A DNA stretch of 64,000 nucleotides from Acidimicrobiia bacterium. Its GTDB lineage: Bacteria > Actinomycetota > Acidimicrobiia > Spongiisociales > ZC4RG35. Of this stretch, positions 9,364 to 19,971 are shown piece after piece. The number at the start of each line of letters is the position of its first letter. Within the stretch, counting starts at the first letter, position 1. The stretch covers positions 593,881 through 657,880 of the forward strand of contig JANQOU010000006.1 of the NCBI GenBank assembly GCA_028285585.1, read 5' to 3'. The translations under genes were made by a program, and so were the position numbers. The notes under the pieces were generated by a model. That model did no database searches and had not been told where the DNA came from. It saw nothing but the letters and a program-made list of their open reading frames with translations.

Positions 9364-10579
9364 ACAATGCCTCGGCCTGTTCCCGGCTCAACTCCTGGCC
9401 AGGGTTGATCCCGTGTCGGGTGACCGCGGCGTTGATGCCGGTCTCTGGGTCGGGCAGCTCGACGGGTGCGTCTGAGCCGCCAAGCAGAGGTATGCCGGCT
9501 TCCAGCATCGACCTGAACGGATAGGCACGGCTCATCCGCTGTTCGCCGAGCCTCTTGATCAGCCAACTCTCCTCCGAAGCCAGGAATGCCGGCTGCACGG
9601 AGCCGACCACTCCCATGTTCGCCATTCGCTCGATTGTGGGGTTGGTGAGGATGGAGGCATGCTCGATGCGGAGCCTCGCCGGCTCGGCCCCCTGGCGGAG
9701 CAACTGGTCGTGCACATCCAAGACCGAGTCGTTGGCCCGGTCGCCGATTGCGTGAATGGCGACCACACCGTCCAGGTCGAGAGAGGCCTGGCCCATCTCG
9801 ACGGCGTGGGCAAAGTCGAGACGGTCGGTCCCTATGGTGGTCGGCTTGTCGGCGAAAGGCTCGTACATCGCCGCGGTGTGCCCGCCCAGGGACCCGTCGG
9901 AGAACTCCTTCCAACCGTGGAACCTGATGCGCCCCTCGGCGCGATCGATCTTCTCCTTGGCCTCAGCCAGCTTGTCAGGGTGGTCGGTGATCACCAAGAC
10001 ATCCATGTCGACGGGGAGGTCTGGGGCGAGCCTGGCCAGGGTCTCCACCTCATCGTCCACACCGCACCAAACGGCGGTGCCGGTGGAGACGATGCCTGTC
10101 ACCGAGCCGATACCCATCTCAGGCAGTCGGGCCAGGGCGGAGAGAAGGTCGTCATCGGAGGGTGGGGCGACGTGGGGCGCAAGAGCGGCCGACACGGTGG
10201 TGATGGCTGTCTCGCGAAGGATGCCGTTGGGACGGCCGTCGGGCAGCCTGTCGAAAGAGCCACCTTCGGGGTCGGACACGAAGGCGTCGAGATCGGCCAT
10301 CTCCATGGCCTTGGTGTTGGCCACGGCTATATGGCCGCAGTACCGGTAGAGGAGGACTGGCCTGTCGGCGATGACATCGTCAATGTCGGCAGCGGTGGGC
10401 AAGCGAAGCTCCCGCACCACCTCGTCGTTGAGTCGCTGGCCGATGACTGGGCCGTCCACCTTCTCGGCCCTCTCCGCCACCATGGCAAAGACGGTGGCCA
10501 GGTCAGGGGCATCCATCAGCTCGAGCCCGTTGACCAGGTTGGCGTACCCGAAAGGGTGGAAATGGTGGTCGTGATACAT
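9344..10579 (-). CDS. Amidohydrolase 3 (YtcJ-like), compact form
   Basis: DHHFH, DGSLGGHTA, HAIGDRAN, RIEHAS, GSDAPV; ATG overlaps the suhB stop. Confidence 0.85.
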   Translation of the reverse strand: MYHDHHFHPFGYANLVNGLELMDAPDLATVFAMVAERAEKVDGPVIGQRLNDEVVRELRLPTAADIDDVIADRPVLLYRYCGHIAVANTKAMEMADLDAFVSDPEGGSFDRLPDGRPNGILRETAITTVSAALAPHVAPPSDDDLLSALARLPEMGIGSVTGIVSTGTAVWCGVDDEVETLARLAPDLPVDMDVLVITDHPDKLAEAKEKIDRAEGRIRFHGWKEFSDGSLGGHTAAMYEPFADKPTTIGTDRLDFAHAVEMGQASLDLDGVVAIHAIGDRANDSVLDVHDQLLRQGAEPARLRIEHASILTNPTIERMANMGVVGSVQPAFLASEESWLIKRLGEQRMSRAYPFRSMLEAGIPLLGGSDAPVELPDPETGINAAVTRHGINPGQELSREQAEALFSPPSR

Positions 10580-11385
10580 CAGCGGAGATGCTCCGGCATG
10601 GTGTCCACGATTATGGACCGAAGCTCGTCGTGTGAGTGGCCGTTGCTGGCGACGAATGCCCTGCCGACAAGGGTGTTCACGCCGCCGGCCTCGTCGGTGA
10701 ACTTTCCGCCGGCCTCGGTGACGAGCAGCATGCCGGCAGCGATGTCCCACGGTTTGATTCCGTGATCGCCGCCGTGCTCCCAATAGGCATCGAAGCGGCC
10801 ACGGGCTACCCACGCCAGGTCAAGGGCCGCCGCCCCCAGCCGTCTCGTCCCCTGGGTCTTGGTCATCACTGCCTCGACGACACGCAAGTAGGCGGCGGCG
10901 TGCTCCACGCGGTCGTAGGGAAAGCCGGTAACAACCAGGGAGTCTTGGAGACGGGTGGTATCAGACACCTGGATCGGTTCGCCGTTGACGGTGGCGCCGC
11001 CGCCCTGGATCGCCACGTACTCGTCGTTCTGGGCGACATCGATGATCACTCCGACGAGAGGTTTCCCGTCATCCCACAGTGCGACCGAGACTGCCACTTG
11101 GGGAATGCGGTGGACGAAGTTGACCGTCCCGTCAAGCGGGTCCACCACCCAAACTCGGCCTTCTTTCCAGTCGTCTCCGCCTCTCTCCTCGCCCAGGATG
11201 CCGTCGTCTGGGAAGTGGTCTGCGATCACTGCTCGGATGGCGTCTTCGGCGTCACGGTCGATCTGGGTGACCGGGTCGACGGCGCTCTTCATCTCGGTGT
11301 CGAGTGGCTGGAAGAACCCGGTCTGCACGATGTCGGCGGCGGCGCGGGCGGCTCTCACTGCCACCCATACGTCACCTTCCCACAT
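10579..11385 (-). CDS. suhB: Inositol monophosphatase family protein
   Basis: GEE, DPLDGTVNF, WDIAAG. Confidence 0.9.
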   Translation of the reverse strand: MWEGDVWVAVRAARAAADIVQTGFFQPLDTEMKSAVDPVTQIDRDAEDAIRAVIADHFPDDGILGEERGGDDWKEGRVWVVDPLDGTVNFVHRIPQVAVSVALWDDGKPLVGVIIDVAQNDEYVAIQGGGATVNGEPIQVSDTTRLQDSLVVTGFPYDRVEHAAAYLRVVEAVMTKTQGTRRLGAAALDLAWVARGRFDAYWEHGGDHGIKPWDIAAGMLLVTEAGGKFTDEAGGVNTLVGRAFVASNGHSHDELRSIIVDTMPEHLR

Positions 11386-11411
11386 CCCCCGACTCTAAGC
11401 CTCCCACCGAC

Positions 11412-11466
11412 ACCCGTTGCTATAGCAACGCGTGTCGCTCAGCGCGACGCCTTGCTATAGCAACGA
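11412..11466. repeat. Intergenic repeat family B
   Basis: TTGCTATAGCAA at 11417 and 11452 (35-bp period), spacer contains GTCGCTCAGCGCGAC; second copy at 59702. Confidence 0.85.
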
Positions 11467-11494
11467 GAGCCGGTCGGTTTCTACGCTGGCCGTT

Positions 11495-12952
11495 GTGAAA
11501 GCAATGGCCTTGGCCGCCGGCGGTGCGGTTGTATCGGTTCTCGCCTTTCCCCCGTACGGGCCGGGCTGGCTGGTGCTGATCGGGGTGGCACTGCTGATGA
11601 CGGCACTTCGAGGCGCCGGCACGAGGACGCTCGGCCTCGCCGTGGGTGCGATCTACGGGCTGGTGTTCTTCGGCTGGCTGATGTGGTGGCTGGTCGAGCT
11701 CGAGGTGATTGCCCTTGCCTTGGTGCCGCTCCAGGCCGCCTTTCTCGCCGCCTACGGCTGGTGGCTGACCGGGCACAACCATCGCTCCCCGGGAGCCTGG
11801 CTCACCTTGGCGGTTGGCGGCTGGGGCTTCATGGAGCTGATCCGCTACTACGTGCCGTTCGGCGGGTTGGAGTGGGGAGCCGTTGGCTACGCCCTGAGCG
11901 ACCACATCTGGACCCGCTTCCCGGCGGCCGTGGTCGGCACCAGCGGGCTGACGCTGACCGTCGTCCTGATCGGCGCCCTCGTCGCACAGCTCGTGTCGAG
12001 AAAAACCGGACGGGCCACCCTGATTGGTGGAATGGCAGTGGTTGTGGTGCTTGCCGGCTCGCTCGGCTGGTGGGCTTCGGCAGCGGCATTCGCGTTCGTC
12101 CAGCCGGCAACCATCGTCCAAGGCTCGACACCATGTCCTTTCGAGGATTGCCCACCGGACGAGCGTCTCAGCACGTTCCAACAGCATCTAGCCCTCACCC
12201 AGAGCCTCGACTCCGATGCGGGTTTGGTTGTCTGGGCCGAGGGCTCAACCGGCTCTATCAACGCCGATCCGGTCAACAACCCCGAGATCGGCAAAGCCAT
12301 CTCCGAGCAAGCACAGAGACTCGGTTCCCGCTTCGTCGTAGGTGGCGACAGGGTGGTCAGCGACACGGAGTGGATCAATGCCAACGTCTACTTCGATGTC
12401 GACGGGAACATCGTTGGCGAGTATCGCAAACAGCACCCGGTCCCCTTCGGGGAGTACATCCCGCTCCGGCCGCTCTTCGATTGGATCCCGGCGCTCGATC
12501 AGGTCCCGAGAGACATGATCCGCGGCGACGGCCCGGTGCTCTTCGGTGAGATCGGCTCGATCATCTCCTTTGAGGGTGGCTTCTCCCGCTACGCCCTCGG
12601 GGTCCGGCGAGAAGGCGCAAACGTAATCATCGTCAACACCAACGAGGCCTCTTATGGGCCTGATGCGCCCACGGCCGAGCAATTCATCGGCATGACCCGG
12701 ATGCGCGCCGTCGAACTGGGTGTCCCCGTCATCCACGCTGCGGTCACCGGGAAGTCCGTGTTCGTCGAGAGCGACGGCACTCTCGGCGAGTCCACAGGGC
12801 TGGGCACGGCCGAGATCCTCAAGGGTGAATACGGCGCCGAGCTCGCCACTCCCTACACGGTCATCGGTGACATTGGCATGTACTTGGCGGCCCTCGCAGC
12901 CGTTGTCATGTGGCTGGTACCGTCGCACCACCGGTCGACCGAAGAGGAGTAA
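11495..12952 (+). CDS. lnt: Apolipoprotein N-acyltransferase
   Basis: Multiple TM segments, VVWAEG, YRKQHPVPFGEYIP, RMRAVE; the nucleophile position reads ISFE rather than ICYE. Confidence 0.85.
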   Translation: MKAMALAAGGAVVSVLAFPPYGPGWLVLIGVALLMTALRGAGTRTLGLAVGAIYGLVFFGWLMWWLVELEVIALALVPLQAAFLAAYGWWLTGHNHRSPGAWLTLAVGGWGFMELIRYYVPFGGLEWGAVGYALSDHIWTRFPAAVVGTSGLTLTVVLIGALVAQLVSRKTGRATLIGGMAVVVVLAGSLGWWASAAAFAFVQPATIVQGSTPCPFEDCPPDERLSTFQQHLALTQSLDSDAGLVVWAEGSTGSINADPVNNPEIGKAISEQAQRLGSRFVVGGDRVVSDTEWINANVYFDVDGNIVGEYRKQHPVPFGEYIPLRPLFDWIPALDQVPRDMIRGDGPVLFGEIGSIISFEGGFSRYALGVRREGANVIIVNTNEASYGPDAPTAEQFIGMTRMRAVELGVPVIHAAVTGKSVFVESDGTLGESTGLGTAEILKGEYGAELATPYTVIGDIGMYLAALAAVVMWLVPSHHRSTEEE

Positions 12953-12955
12953 CCC

Positions 12956-14905
12956 ATGTCGCAGGCTCTCGAGAACCTGCTCAGCGAAGACCGAAGCTTC
13001 CCGCCCAGCGAGGAGTTCACGGCCCAGGCCAACGCCCAGCCGGGTATCCACGATGTCGCCGCTCTCGACTACCAGGCCTTCTGGCAGAAGCAGGCCTTGG
13101 AGCGGATCACGTGGTTCTCGGAGCCCACCGAGGTCCTCGACGACTCCAACCCTCCCTTCTACAAGTGGTTCAAAGACGGCGAGCTGAACATCTCCTACAA
13201 CTGTCTGGACCGTCACCTGGCGGACCACGGCGACCAGGTGGCCTACCACTGGATAGGTGAGCCCGGTGACACCCGCACGCTCACCTACGCAGACCTCGCC
13301 AAAGAGGTGAATCGCTTCGCCAACGGGCTCAAGAGCCTCGGTTTGGAGAAGGGCGACCGTGTCGCCATCTACATGGGGATGGTCCCCGAGCTTCCCATAG
13401 CGATGCTGGCATGCGCGCGGCTCGGCCTGGTCCACTCGGTGGTGTTCGGCGGCTTCTCGTCCGATGCTCTGTCCAGCCGGATACTCGACGCAGAGGCACG
13501 GATAGTCATCACCCAGGACGGTGCCTGGCGCGGCGGGAATGTGGTCCCGCTCAAGGAGAACACCGATGTGGCCCTCCAGTCGACGCCGGGCATCGAGCAC
13601 GCCATTGTCGTGAGGCGAACCGACCACGGTGCCGACATGGCCGAGGGCCGGGACATCTGGTGGGACGACCTGGTCGAAGGGCAGAGCGACGAGTGCAAGG
13701 CCGAAGTCCTCAACGCCGAGGACCCTCTGTACATCCTCTACACCTCCGGCACCACTGGGAAGCCGAAGGGGATCGTCCACACCCAAGGCGGCTACCTCAC
13801 CGGCACCACGACCACCCACTCGTATGTCTTCGACATCAAGCCGGACAGCGATGTCTACTGGTGCGCCGCCGACATCGGATGGGTGACCGGCCACAGCTAC
13901 ATCGTCTACGGGCCTCTGGCCAACCGCACCACTGGTGTCATGTACGAAGGGGCGCCCAACTACCCGGAGCTGGACCGGCTGTGGCAGATCCTCGACGAGT
14001 ACGGAGTGACCGTCTTCTACACAGCCCCCACTGCGATTCGGGCGTTCATGAAGTGGGGCGACGAGCACGTCGACAAGCACGATCTCTCTACCCTGCGGGT
14101 CATCGGGACCGTTGGCGAGCCGATCAACCCCGAAGCCTGGATGTGGTACCACGAGCACATCGGGCATGGGACGTGCCCAATAGTCGACACCTGGTGGCAG
14201 ACGGAGACCGGCGGGATCATGATCTCCCCCCTCCCCGGTGTGGTTGCCACCAAGCCCGGCTCGGCCACCGTTCCCTTCCCGGGCATCTCCGCCGACGTCG
14301 TGGACGAGGACGGGAACTCGGTGCCGCTGGGCGGGGGCGGGTTCCTCACCATCACCCAGCCCTGGCCCTCGATGGCGCGCACCATCTATGGAGACGATCA
14401 GCGGTATGTCGACACCTACTGGTCGCGATTCCCTGGCCGCTATTTCCCAGGAGATGGCTGCAAACGCGACGAGGACGGGTACTTCTGGCTGCTCGGCCGG
14501 GTCGACGACATCATGCTGGTCTCCGGTCACAACATCGCGACAACAGAGGTCGAATCGGCGCTGGTCAGCCACCCGGCAGTTGCCGAAGCGGCTGTCGTCG
14601 GCCGCAAGGACGAGTTGACCGGTCAGGCGATTGCAGCGTTCGTGACGTTGCGGAGCACGGCCAGCGGCGATGACAGCCTCCTCGAGGAGCTTCGCGACCA
14701 CGTGGCGTCGACCCTGGGCCCGATCGCCAAGCCCAGGTCGATCGTGTTCACCGACGACCTGCCCAAGACCAGGTCGGGCAAGATCATGAGACGCCTCCTC
14801 CAGGACATCTCAGAAGATCGGAAGCTGGGTGACGTGACGACACTGGCCAATGCCGATATCGTGGCTGAGATCGCCAACAAGGCAGCCAGTTCGACAGAAG
14901 ACTGA
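12956..14905 (+). CDS. acs: Acetyl-CoA synthetase
   Basis: [42 protein letters not shown]. Confidence 0.96.
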   Translation: MSQALENLLSEDRSFPPSEEFTAQANAQPGIHDVAALDYQAFWQKQALERITWFSEPTEVLDDSNPPFYKWFKDGELNISYNCLDRHLADHGDQVAYHWIGEPGDTRTLTYADLAKEVNRFANGLKSLGLEKGDRVAIYMGMVPELPIAMLACARLGLVHSVVFGGFSSDALSSRILDAEARIVITQDGAWRGGNVVPLKENTDVALQSTPGIEHAIVVRRTDHGADMAEGRDIWWDDLVEGQSDECKAEVLNAEDPLYILYTSGTTGKPKGIVHTQGGYLTGTTTTHSYVFDIKPDSDVYWCAADIGWVTGHSYIVYGPLANRTTGVMYEGAPNYPELDRLWQILDEYGVTVFYTAPTAIRAFMKWGDEHVDKHDLSTLRVIGTVGEPINPEAWMWYHEHIGHGTCPIVDTWWQTETGGIMISPLPGVVATKPGSATVPFPGISADVVDEDGNSVPLGGGGFLTITQPWPSMARTIYGDDQRYVDTYWSRFPGRYFPGDGCKRDEDGYFWLLGRVDDIMLVSGHNIATTEVESALVSHPAVAEAAVVGRKDELTGQAIAAFVTLRSTASGDDSLLEELRDHVASTLGPIAKPRSIVFTDDLPKTRSGKIMRRLLQDISEDRKLGDVTTLANADIVAEIANKAASSTED

Positions 14906-14970
14906 CCTCGGCGAGGCTTCGAAGCCCAAACGTCCCCTCACGGCCGGAAGCGACCGCGTAGGTTGTGCTC

Positions 14971-16332
14971 ATGGCTACCAAGATCATCCTGCCCGAGGCC
15001 GAGCTTCCGACGCACTGGTACAACATCGTCCCGGACCTCCCGTCGCCACCGCCGCCCGTCCTTCATCCGGGGACACACGAGCCGGTCGGTCCCGACGATC
15101 TCGCCCCGCTCTTCCCGATGGACCTGATCCTCCAGGAGGTTTCCACCGACAGCTACATCGAGATCCCAGAGGAGATCAGGGAGGTCTACCGGACTTGGCG
15201 GCCGTCGCCGCTCTATCGCGCCCACGGGCTCGAGAAGCTGATCGGCGGCCCTGCCCGGATCTACTACAAGTACGAAGGGGTCAGCCCGGTCGGATCCCAC
15301 AAGCCGAACACCGCCGTTGCCCAGGCCTACTACAACGCCAAGGCGGGGGTGAAGAAGCTGTCGACCGAGACGGGAGCGGGTCAGTGGGGCTCCGCCCTCG
15401 CTTTCGCCTGCTCGCTGTTCGGTATCGAGTGCGAGGTGTATCAGGTCAGGGCCTCGTATGACCAGAAGCCGTACCGAAAGGCTCTCATCGAGACCTTCGG
15501 CGCCACCATCCACCCGTCGCCCTCACCCAACACCAACTACGGCAGGGCAGTGTTGGAGTCGGATCCCGACACCCCTGGCAGCTTGGGCATCGCCATCTCC
15601 GAGGCGGTCGAGGTGGCCGCTACCAACGAAGATGTGAAGTACTCGCTGGGCTCGGTGCTGAGCCATGTGCTGATGCACCAGACCGTCATAGGTGAAGAGG
15701 CCCTGAAGCAGCTCGCCATGGTCGACGAGAAGCCGGACGTGGTCATCGGCTGTGCCGGTGGTGGGTCGAACTTCGCTGGTCTGGCCTTCCCGTTCGTCCG
15801 CGAGAAGCTGGCCGGGACCATGGACCCGGTGATCCGTGCCGTCGAGCCGGCTGCGGCTCCCTCGCTCACCCGCGGCAGCTATCAGTTCGACTTCGGAGAC
15901 ACTGGGCAGATGACCCCGCTGGTCAAGATGCACACGCTGGGTCACCCGTTCGTGCCAGAGCCGATCCATGCCGGTGGCCTGCGCTATCACGGGATGGCAC
16001 CGCTGGTCTCACATCTTCAGGAGCTAGGGCTCATCGAGTCCAACTCGCTGCATCAGACCGAGACTTTCGCCAAGGCAGTCGACTTCGCCCAGGCCGAGGG
16101 CATCATCCCCGGTCCCGAGCCGACCCATGCCGTGGCCGAGGCCATGAACGAGGCCGAGCGGGCCAAGGAGGCGGGGGAGGAGAAGGTGGTCCTCTTCAAC
16201 CTGAGCGGTCACGGGCACTTCGACATGGCGGCCTATCAGGCCTACTTCGACGGGCATCTCGTGGACTACGAGCACCCGCAGCACCAGATCGACGAAGCCA
16301 TGCAAAAGGTCCCCGTCGTCGCCGGCGAGTAA
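14971..16332 (+). CDS. trpB2: TrpB2-type tryptophan synthase beta chain
   Basis: [44 protein letters not shown]. Confidence 0.93.
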   Translation: MATKIILPEAELPTHWYNIVPDLPSPPPPVLHPGTHEPVGPDDLAPLFPMDLILQEVSTDSYIEIPEEIREVYRTWRPSPLYRAHGLEKLIGGPARIYYKYEGVSPVGSHKPNTAVAQAYYNAKAGVKKLSTETGAGQWGSALAFACSLFGIECEVYQVRASYDQKPYRKALIETFGATIHPSPSPNTNYGRAVLESDPDTPGSLGIAISEAVEVAATNEDVKYSLGSVLSHVLMHQTVIGEEALKQLAMVDEKPDVVIGCAGGGSNFAGLAFPFVREKLAGTMDPVIRAVEPAAAPSLTRGSYQFDFGDTGQMTPLVKMHTLGHPFVPEPIHAGGLRYHGMAPLVSHLQELGLIESNSLHQTETFAKAVDFAQAEGIIPGPEPTHAVAEAMNEAERAKEAGEEKVVLFNLSGHGHFDMAAYQAYFDGHLVDYEHPQHQIDEAMQKVPVVAGE

Positions 16333-16350
16333 CCACCCCCCGCCACCAGC

Positions 16351-16468
16351 AACCTCAGGTAATACGGCCCAGATACGGGCCCTATAGCCTCAGCTTGAGA
16401 GACGCTCTCACGCGTCCCTTTCAACTGGAGGTCATAGGGCCCAGATACGGTCGCTATTACCTGAGGTT
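16351..16468. repeat. Repeat family A inverted doublet (REPIN/MITE-like)
   Basis: Terminal inverted repeats AACCTCAGGTAATA...TATTACCTGAGGTT between convergent genes. Confidence 0.85.
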
Positions 16469-16473
16469 CGCGG

Positions 16474-17283
16474 TTACTGGTTGTGGCAGTCGGGCTCGCC
16501 CGGGTGGAGGGGGCGGGCCACCAGCTTGAGGGGCTGGTCGGACGCCGGGTCGGGGTTGACCCACTGAGTCGCCTGTGAGGCGTCTGCGAAGACCTCCAGC
16601 ACCTCGGGCCCGTAGACCTGGCACTTCCAGTCGTTTGGGTAGGTCACCCATGCGTCGAGGTTGGTGTCCTCCAACGCCCAGTCCCGCACGTCTTCGAACT
16701 CGGCGTCGATGAACCCGATGCCGGCGACGACACGCACGCGTTCGCCTTCAAAAGGCTCCGCATCTCCGGATGCAGCGAGCCGGTCCAACTCCACGAGCAA
16801 CTCGGAGAATGCCTGGGTTGCCGGGTTTTCGCTCGGCTCGAGGCCCAGCGCATAGACCGAGTAGCTGTGCTCAACACCTCCGGCATCCCAATAGCGGACG
16901 ACTTCGGTGTTGGCGTCGGCGACGATCGACGCGAATGTGTCATCCACCTCGTCGTCCATCTCGGGCAACCCGATCTTGTCGACCAGCTCGAGCACTTGCT
17001 TCATCTGGTCGTCACTGATCCGTGTGACCAGGTAGTTGGGGAGCAGGGGGCCCGGGTAGATGGCGATGACCGGGCCTTCATGTATCAGGCGGCCGTCAGC
17101 CATGAGCGTGTAGCGAGGTCCCTGGCCGAGGATGAACTCCACCGGTGCGAAGCCCCCTTCGGAGGTGACCCGGAGCACCGGTGTGTCCCTGTCTTCCGGA
17201 AGCTGGGGCCCTCCGGCGTCGGCACCACAGGCTGTGATCAGAAGGGCGAGTGCCAGCGTCGCCCCGATTGCTTTAGTTCTCAT
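16474..17283 (-). CDS. Hypothetical lipoprotein
   Basis: Signal peptide with lipobox LITAC; acidic mature domain. Confidence 0.8.
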   Translation of the reverse strand: MRTKAIGATLALALLITACGADAGGPQLPEDRDTPVLRVTSEGGFAPVEFILGQGPRYTLMADGRLIHEGPVIAIYPGPLLPNYLVTRISDDQMKQVLELVDKIGLPEMDDEVDDTFASIVADANTEVVRYWDAGGVEHSYSVYALGLEPSENPATQAFSELLVELDRLAASGDAEPFEGERVRVVAGIGFIDAEFEDVRDWALEDTNLDAWVTYPNDWKCQVYGPEVLEVFADASQATQWVNPDPASDQPLKLVARPLHPGEPDCHNQ

Positions 17284-17332
17284 GCCACTCAGATGAGCAA
17301 TGGGGCTGAACGGTTCCTGTCTGATGAAATCA

Positions 17333-17402
17333 GATTGAGATCGATGCGATCGATCTCCGTGTCGTCTGACGGGAACGGATTGAGGTCGATGCGATCGACC
17401 TC
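17333..17402. repeat. Tandem palindrome pair (family C)
   Basis: GAGATCGAT-GCG-ATCGATCTC and GAGGTCGAT-GCG-ATCGACCTC, 45-bp period. Confidence 0.7.
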
Positions 17403-17427
17403 GTCGACAGATCAGATTGGATTCCTG

Positions 17428-18702
17428 TCAGGACTCCCAGGAAGAGAGGCCCTCATCGACGAGATCGATGGCCCAATCCAGCTCCTCACGGGTTGTGATC
17501 AGCGGCGGGATGAACCGGATCACGTTACCGTCGGGGCCGCACTCGATGATGATCAGCTCGTTCTCACGGGCATGTTGCTGGATGTGCTTGAAAGCTGCTG
17601 CGGCCGGCTCTCGCGTGGCCCGGTCCTCGACCAGCTCGACACCGATCATCAGTCCCAATCCACGCACGTCGCCGATGGTCTGGTGCTCCACCTGGAGACC
17701 TTCGAAGCGGTCGATCGCATGTTTGGCGAGGTCACGCCCATGCGGGATCAGCGGCTCCATTGCATCGACCACGGCCGACGCCGCGGCCGTGGCGATGGGG
17801 TTGCCTCCGTAAGTTGTGCCGTGGGAGCCGGGAGGCCAGGCGTCGATGATCTTGCGGGAGGCCCCATACGCCGAGAGTGGCAGCCCGTTTGCGATCCCCT
17901 TGCCCATGGCGATGATGTCGGGATCGACGTCGAAGTGGTCGGCGGCGAACCACTCGGCGGTACGACCGAAGCCAGTCTGGACCTCGTCGAAGATGAGCAT
18001 GATGCCGTGCTCATCGGCCATCTCACGCAGCGCTCTCAGGAAGGCCGGTGGGGCCGGGTAGTAGCCACCCTCTCCCTGAACCGGCTCCACCAGGAAAGCG
18101 GCGATGTTCTTCGGTGAGACGACATGCTTGAACATGAGCCGCAGCTCGTTGAGGCACAGCTCGGTGGCGGCCTCGGCATCCATGCCCCATCGATAGGGGT
18201 GGGGGAATGGGGCGACGAACACGGAGCCCAGCACCGGGTGGTAGCCGTCGCGGTACTTCGAGTTCGACGTTGTGTAGGAAACCGAGCCCATGGTCCGGCC
18301 GTGGAAGCCGCCACGGAAAGCAATGACCCCTTGCCGGCTCGTCGTGTGCTTGGCCAGTTTGACCGAGGCCTCGACCGCCTCCGCTCCCGAGTTGGCGAAA
18401 GCGAACTTTTCGATCGTCTTGGGGGTGATCGACCGCAGCTTCTCGGCGGCATCCACGATCGACTCGAAGTGGAAGATCATCCCGGAGTGGACAAGCTGGT
18501 CGAGCTGGCCGCGGGCGGCTGCCACCACGTCGGGGTGGTTGTGGCCGAGGTTGGTCACGGCTGTGCCGCAGGCGAAATCGGCCCAACGGTTCCCGTCGGG
18601 GTCGCTGACCCACAACCCTTCCGCCGACACTATGTGCAGGTCGGTGTTGAACCCGATGACCGGGGCCAGTACTTCCTTGTGACGTGCGAGAAGGTCAGAC
18701 AT
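17428..18702 (-). CDS. Class III aminotransferase (4-aminobutyrate aminotransferase-like)
   Basis: NSGAEAVE, FHGRT, EPVQGEGG, DEVQTGFGRT, MGKGIANG. Confidence 0.9.
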   Translation of the reverse strand: MSDLLARHKEVLAPVIGFNTDLHIVSAEGLWVSDPDGNRWADFACGTAVTNLGHNHPDVVAAARGQLDQLVHSGMIFHFESIVDAAEKLRSITPKTIEKFAFANSGAEAVEASVKLAKHTTSRQGVIAFRGGFHGRTMGSVSYTTSNSKYRDGYHPVLGSVFVAPFPHPYRWGMDAEAATELCLNELRLMFKHVVSPKNIAAFLVEPVQGEGGYYPAPPAFLRALREMADEHGIMLIFDEVQTGFGRTAEWFAADHFDVDPDIIAMGKGIANGLPLSAYGASRKIIDAWPPGSHGTTYGGNPIATAAASAVVDAMEPLIPHGRDLAKHAIDRFEGLQVEHQTIGDVRGLGLMIGVELVEDRATREPAAAAFKHIQQHARENELIIIECGPDGNVIRFIPPLITTREELDWAIDLVDEGLSSWES

Positions 18703-18765
18703 GAGACGGCGGAGACTAACTAATGCAGAGGATTCGTCTCAAGAGAAGACCCAGTGATCTGGAGC

Positions 18766-19971
18766 TCAGTGAGGCTCGGGATACGCCTCGTCCGGGTTTT
18801 CCATGCCCATCCACTGGATGATCGCTGAGGTCCAAACGGCGCTCATGAGCAGCACCAAAAGGGCTACCAGCACTATCGGGGCCGGCCTGAGGAGAGCAAT
18901 GACCAGTGAGCCTGCGGCAGCAACGATGGCCACTCGTGCCACGGGCCGGTAAAGCATCGGGAGCCTGTCCCAGTCGCGGAGGGTCCGAAGCACCAGGACC
19001 AACGACACCAGCATCAATGCCACCGATCCTGCGATCAGCCATGCAGTCGCTGCCGGCGCACGGCTGTCGTCGGCGTGTTCGACCAGGCTGACCATCCCTG
19101 CTCCCGCAGCAGCGATCGCCATGGACAGCGGCAGGTGGCTCAAGATCCACTGGGTTTGTGGAGTGGCATGTTGATCCGGCAGCCGCCTCCCGGCGAAGTC
19201 GAAGTAGGTCCACCAGAACGAGAACCCGATCATCAGCCCGACCAGCCCGGTTGCGATGGCGAGCGGGCTCGCGGCTTCGGACATGCCCTCGACCACCCCG
19301 ACGACTACTTCGCCGAGGACGATGATGGTGAACAGCCCGAATCGCTCCACCATGGAGTCGGTCGCGGTCATGCCCAGCTCTTGGGCGAACTCTGCGTTCC
19401 GGGTCAGCAGAAGCGAGAAGCCCACCCATGAGACCACAAACAGTCCCCAGATAATGAGTCTGGCCTCATCACCGACAAAGGCGCTGACCACGATCAGCAA
19501 CACTGACAGGCTCATAATGGTCAGGTACCGGCCGGTCAGTGCCCTGTACTCCTCCGAGTCCTGCCGTCGGACGGTGTACCAGAAGACAGTCAGCAGGCCG
19601 AGGAAGATGGCATACACGACCGCAAACTCACGGCCGGTTGTTGTGGCTGCGTCACCTGTGAAGACCGCCAGCAACCCCAGAAGAAGCATCTGGGCGAACA
19701 CGAACGTCCTGGTCCGGCCGTCCTCTCGCCCATGCACGTCGTAGTAGAGCGTGCCCTGAAGCCACCCCGCCCAGATCAACCCGAAGATCACAGCGAACTC
19801 GTAGACACCTCTCCAACTGACGTGCCCGGCGAGATGGTGAGCGGCCCGGGCTATCACCACCACGTAGACCAGGTCGTAGAAGAGCTCCAAGAAGCTGACG
19901 GTTCGGTTCTCGATCACCTCGCCATGGGCGCGGGGCGGTTGCCAGAAGCGTCTCTTGAATGCGGCAAACAT
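18766..19971 (-). CDS. ltrA: Low temperature requirement protein A family membrane protein
   Basis: FLELFYDLVYVV, ERFGLFTIIVLGE. Confidence 0.85.
   Translation of the reverse strand: MFAAFKRRFWQPPRAHGEVIENRTVSFLELFYDLVYVVVIARAAHHLAGHVSWRGVYEFAVIFGLIWAGWLQGTLYYDVHGREDGRTRTFVFAQMLLLGLLAVFTGDAATTTGREFAVVYAIFLGLLTVFWYTVRRQDSEEYRALTGRYLTIMSLSVLLIVVSAFVGDEARLIIWGLFVVSWVGFSLLLTRNAEFAQELGMTATDSMVERFGLFTIIVLGEVVVGVVEGMSEAASPLAIATGLVGLMIGFSFWWTYFDFAGRRLPDQHATPQTQWILSHLPLSMAIAAAGAGMVSLVEHADDSRAPAATAWLIAGSVALMLVSLVLVLRTLRDWDRLPMLYRPVARVAIVAAAGSLVIALLRPAPIVLVALLVLLMSAVWTSAIIQWMGMENPDEAYPEPH

Noticed and set aside
11412..11466. Repeat-spacer-repeat layouts as a mini-CRISPR
   Set aside because: Only two short repeats per locus, spacers are conserved between loci rather than unique, and there are no cas genes
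11432..11494. N-terminal extension of lnt and the similar ORF start at 59717 (MSLSAT...)
   Set aside because: Both are translations of repeat family B, not protein homology
12245..14701. 818-aa antisense ORF (likewise 6923-8155, 16867-18117, 44580-45791, 58211-59479)
   Set aside because: Shadow ORFs opposite well-supported genes; expected with high GC3 and without motifs of their own
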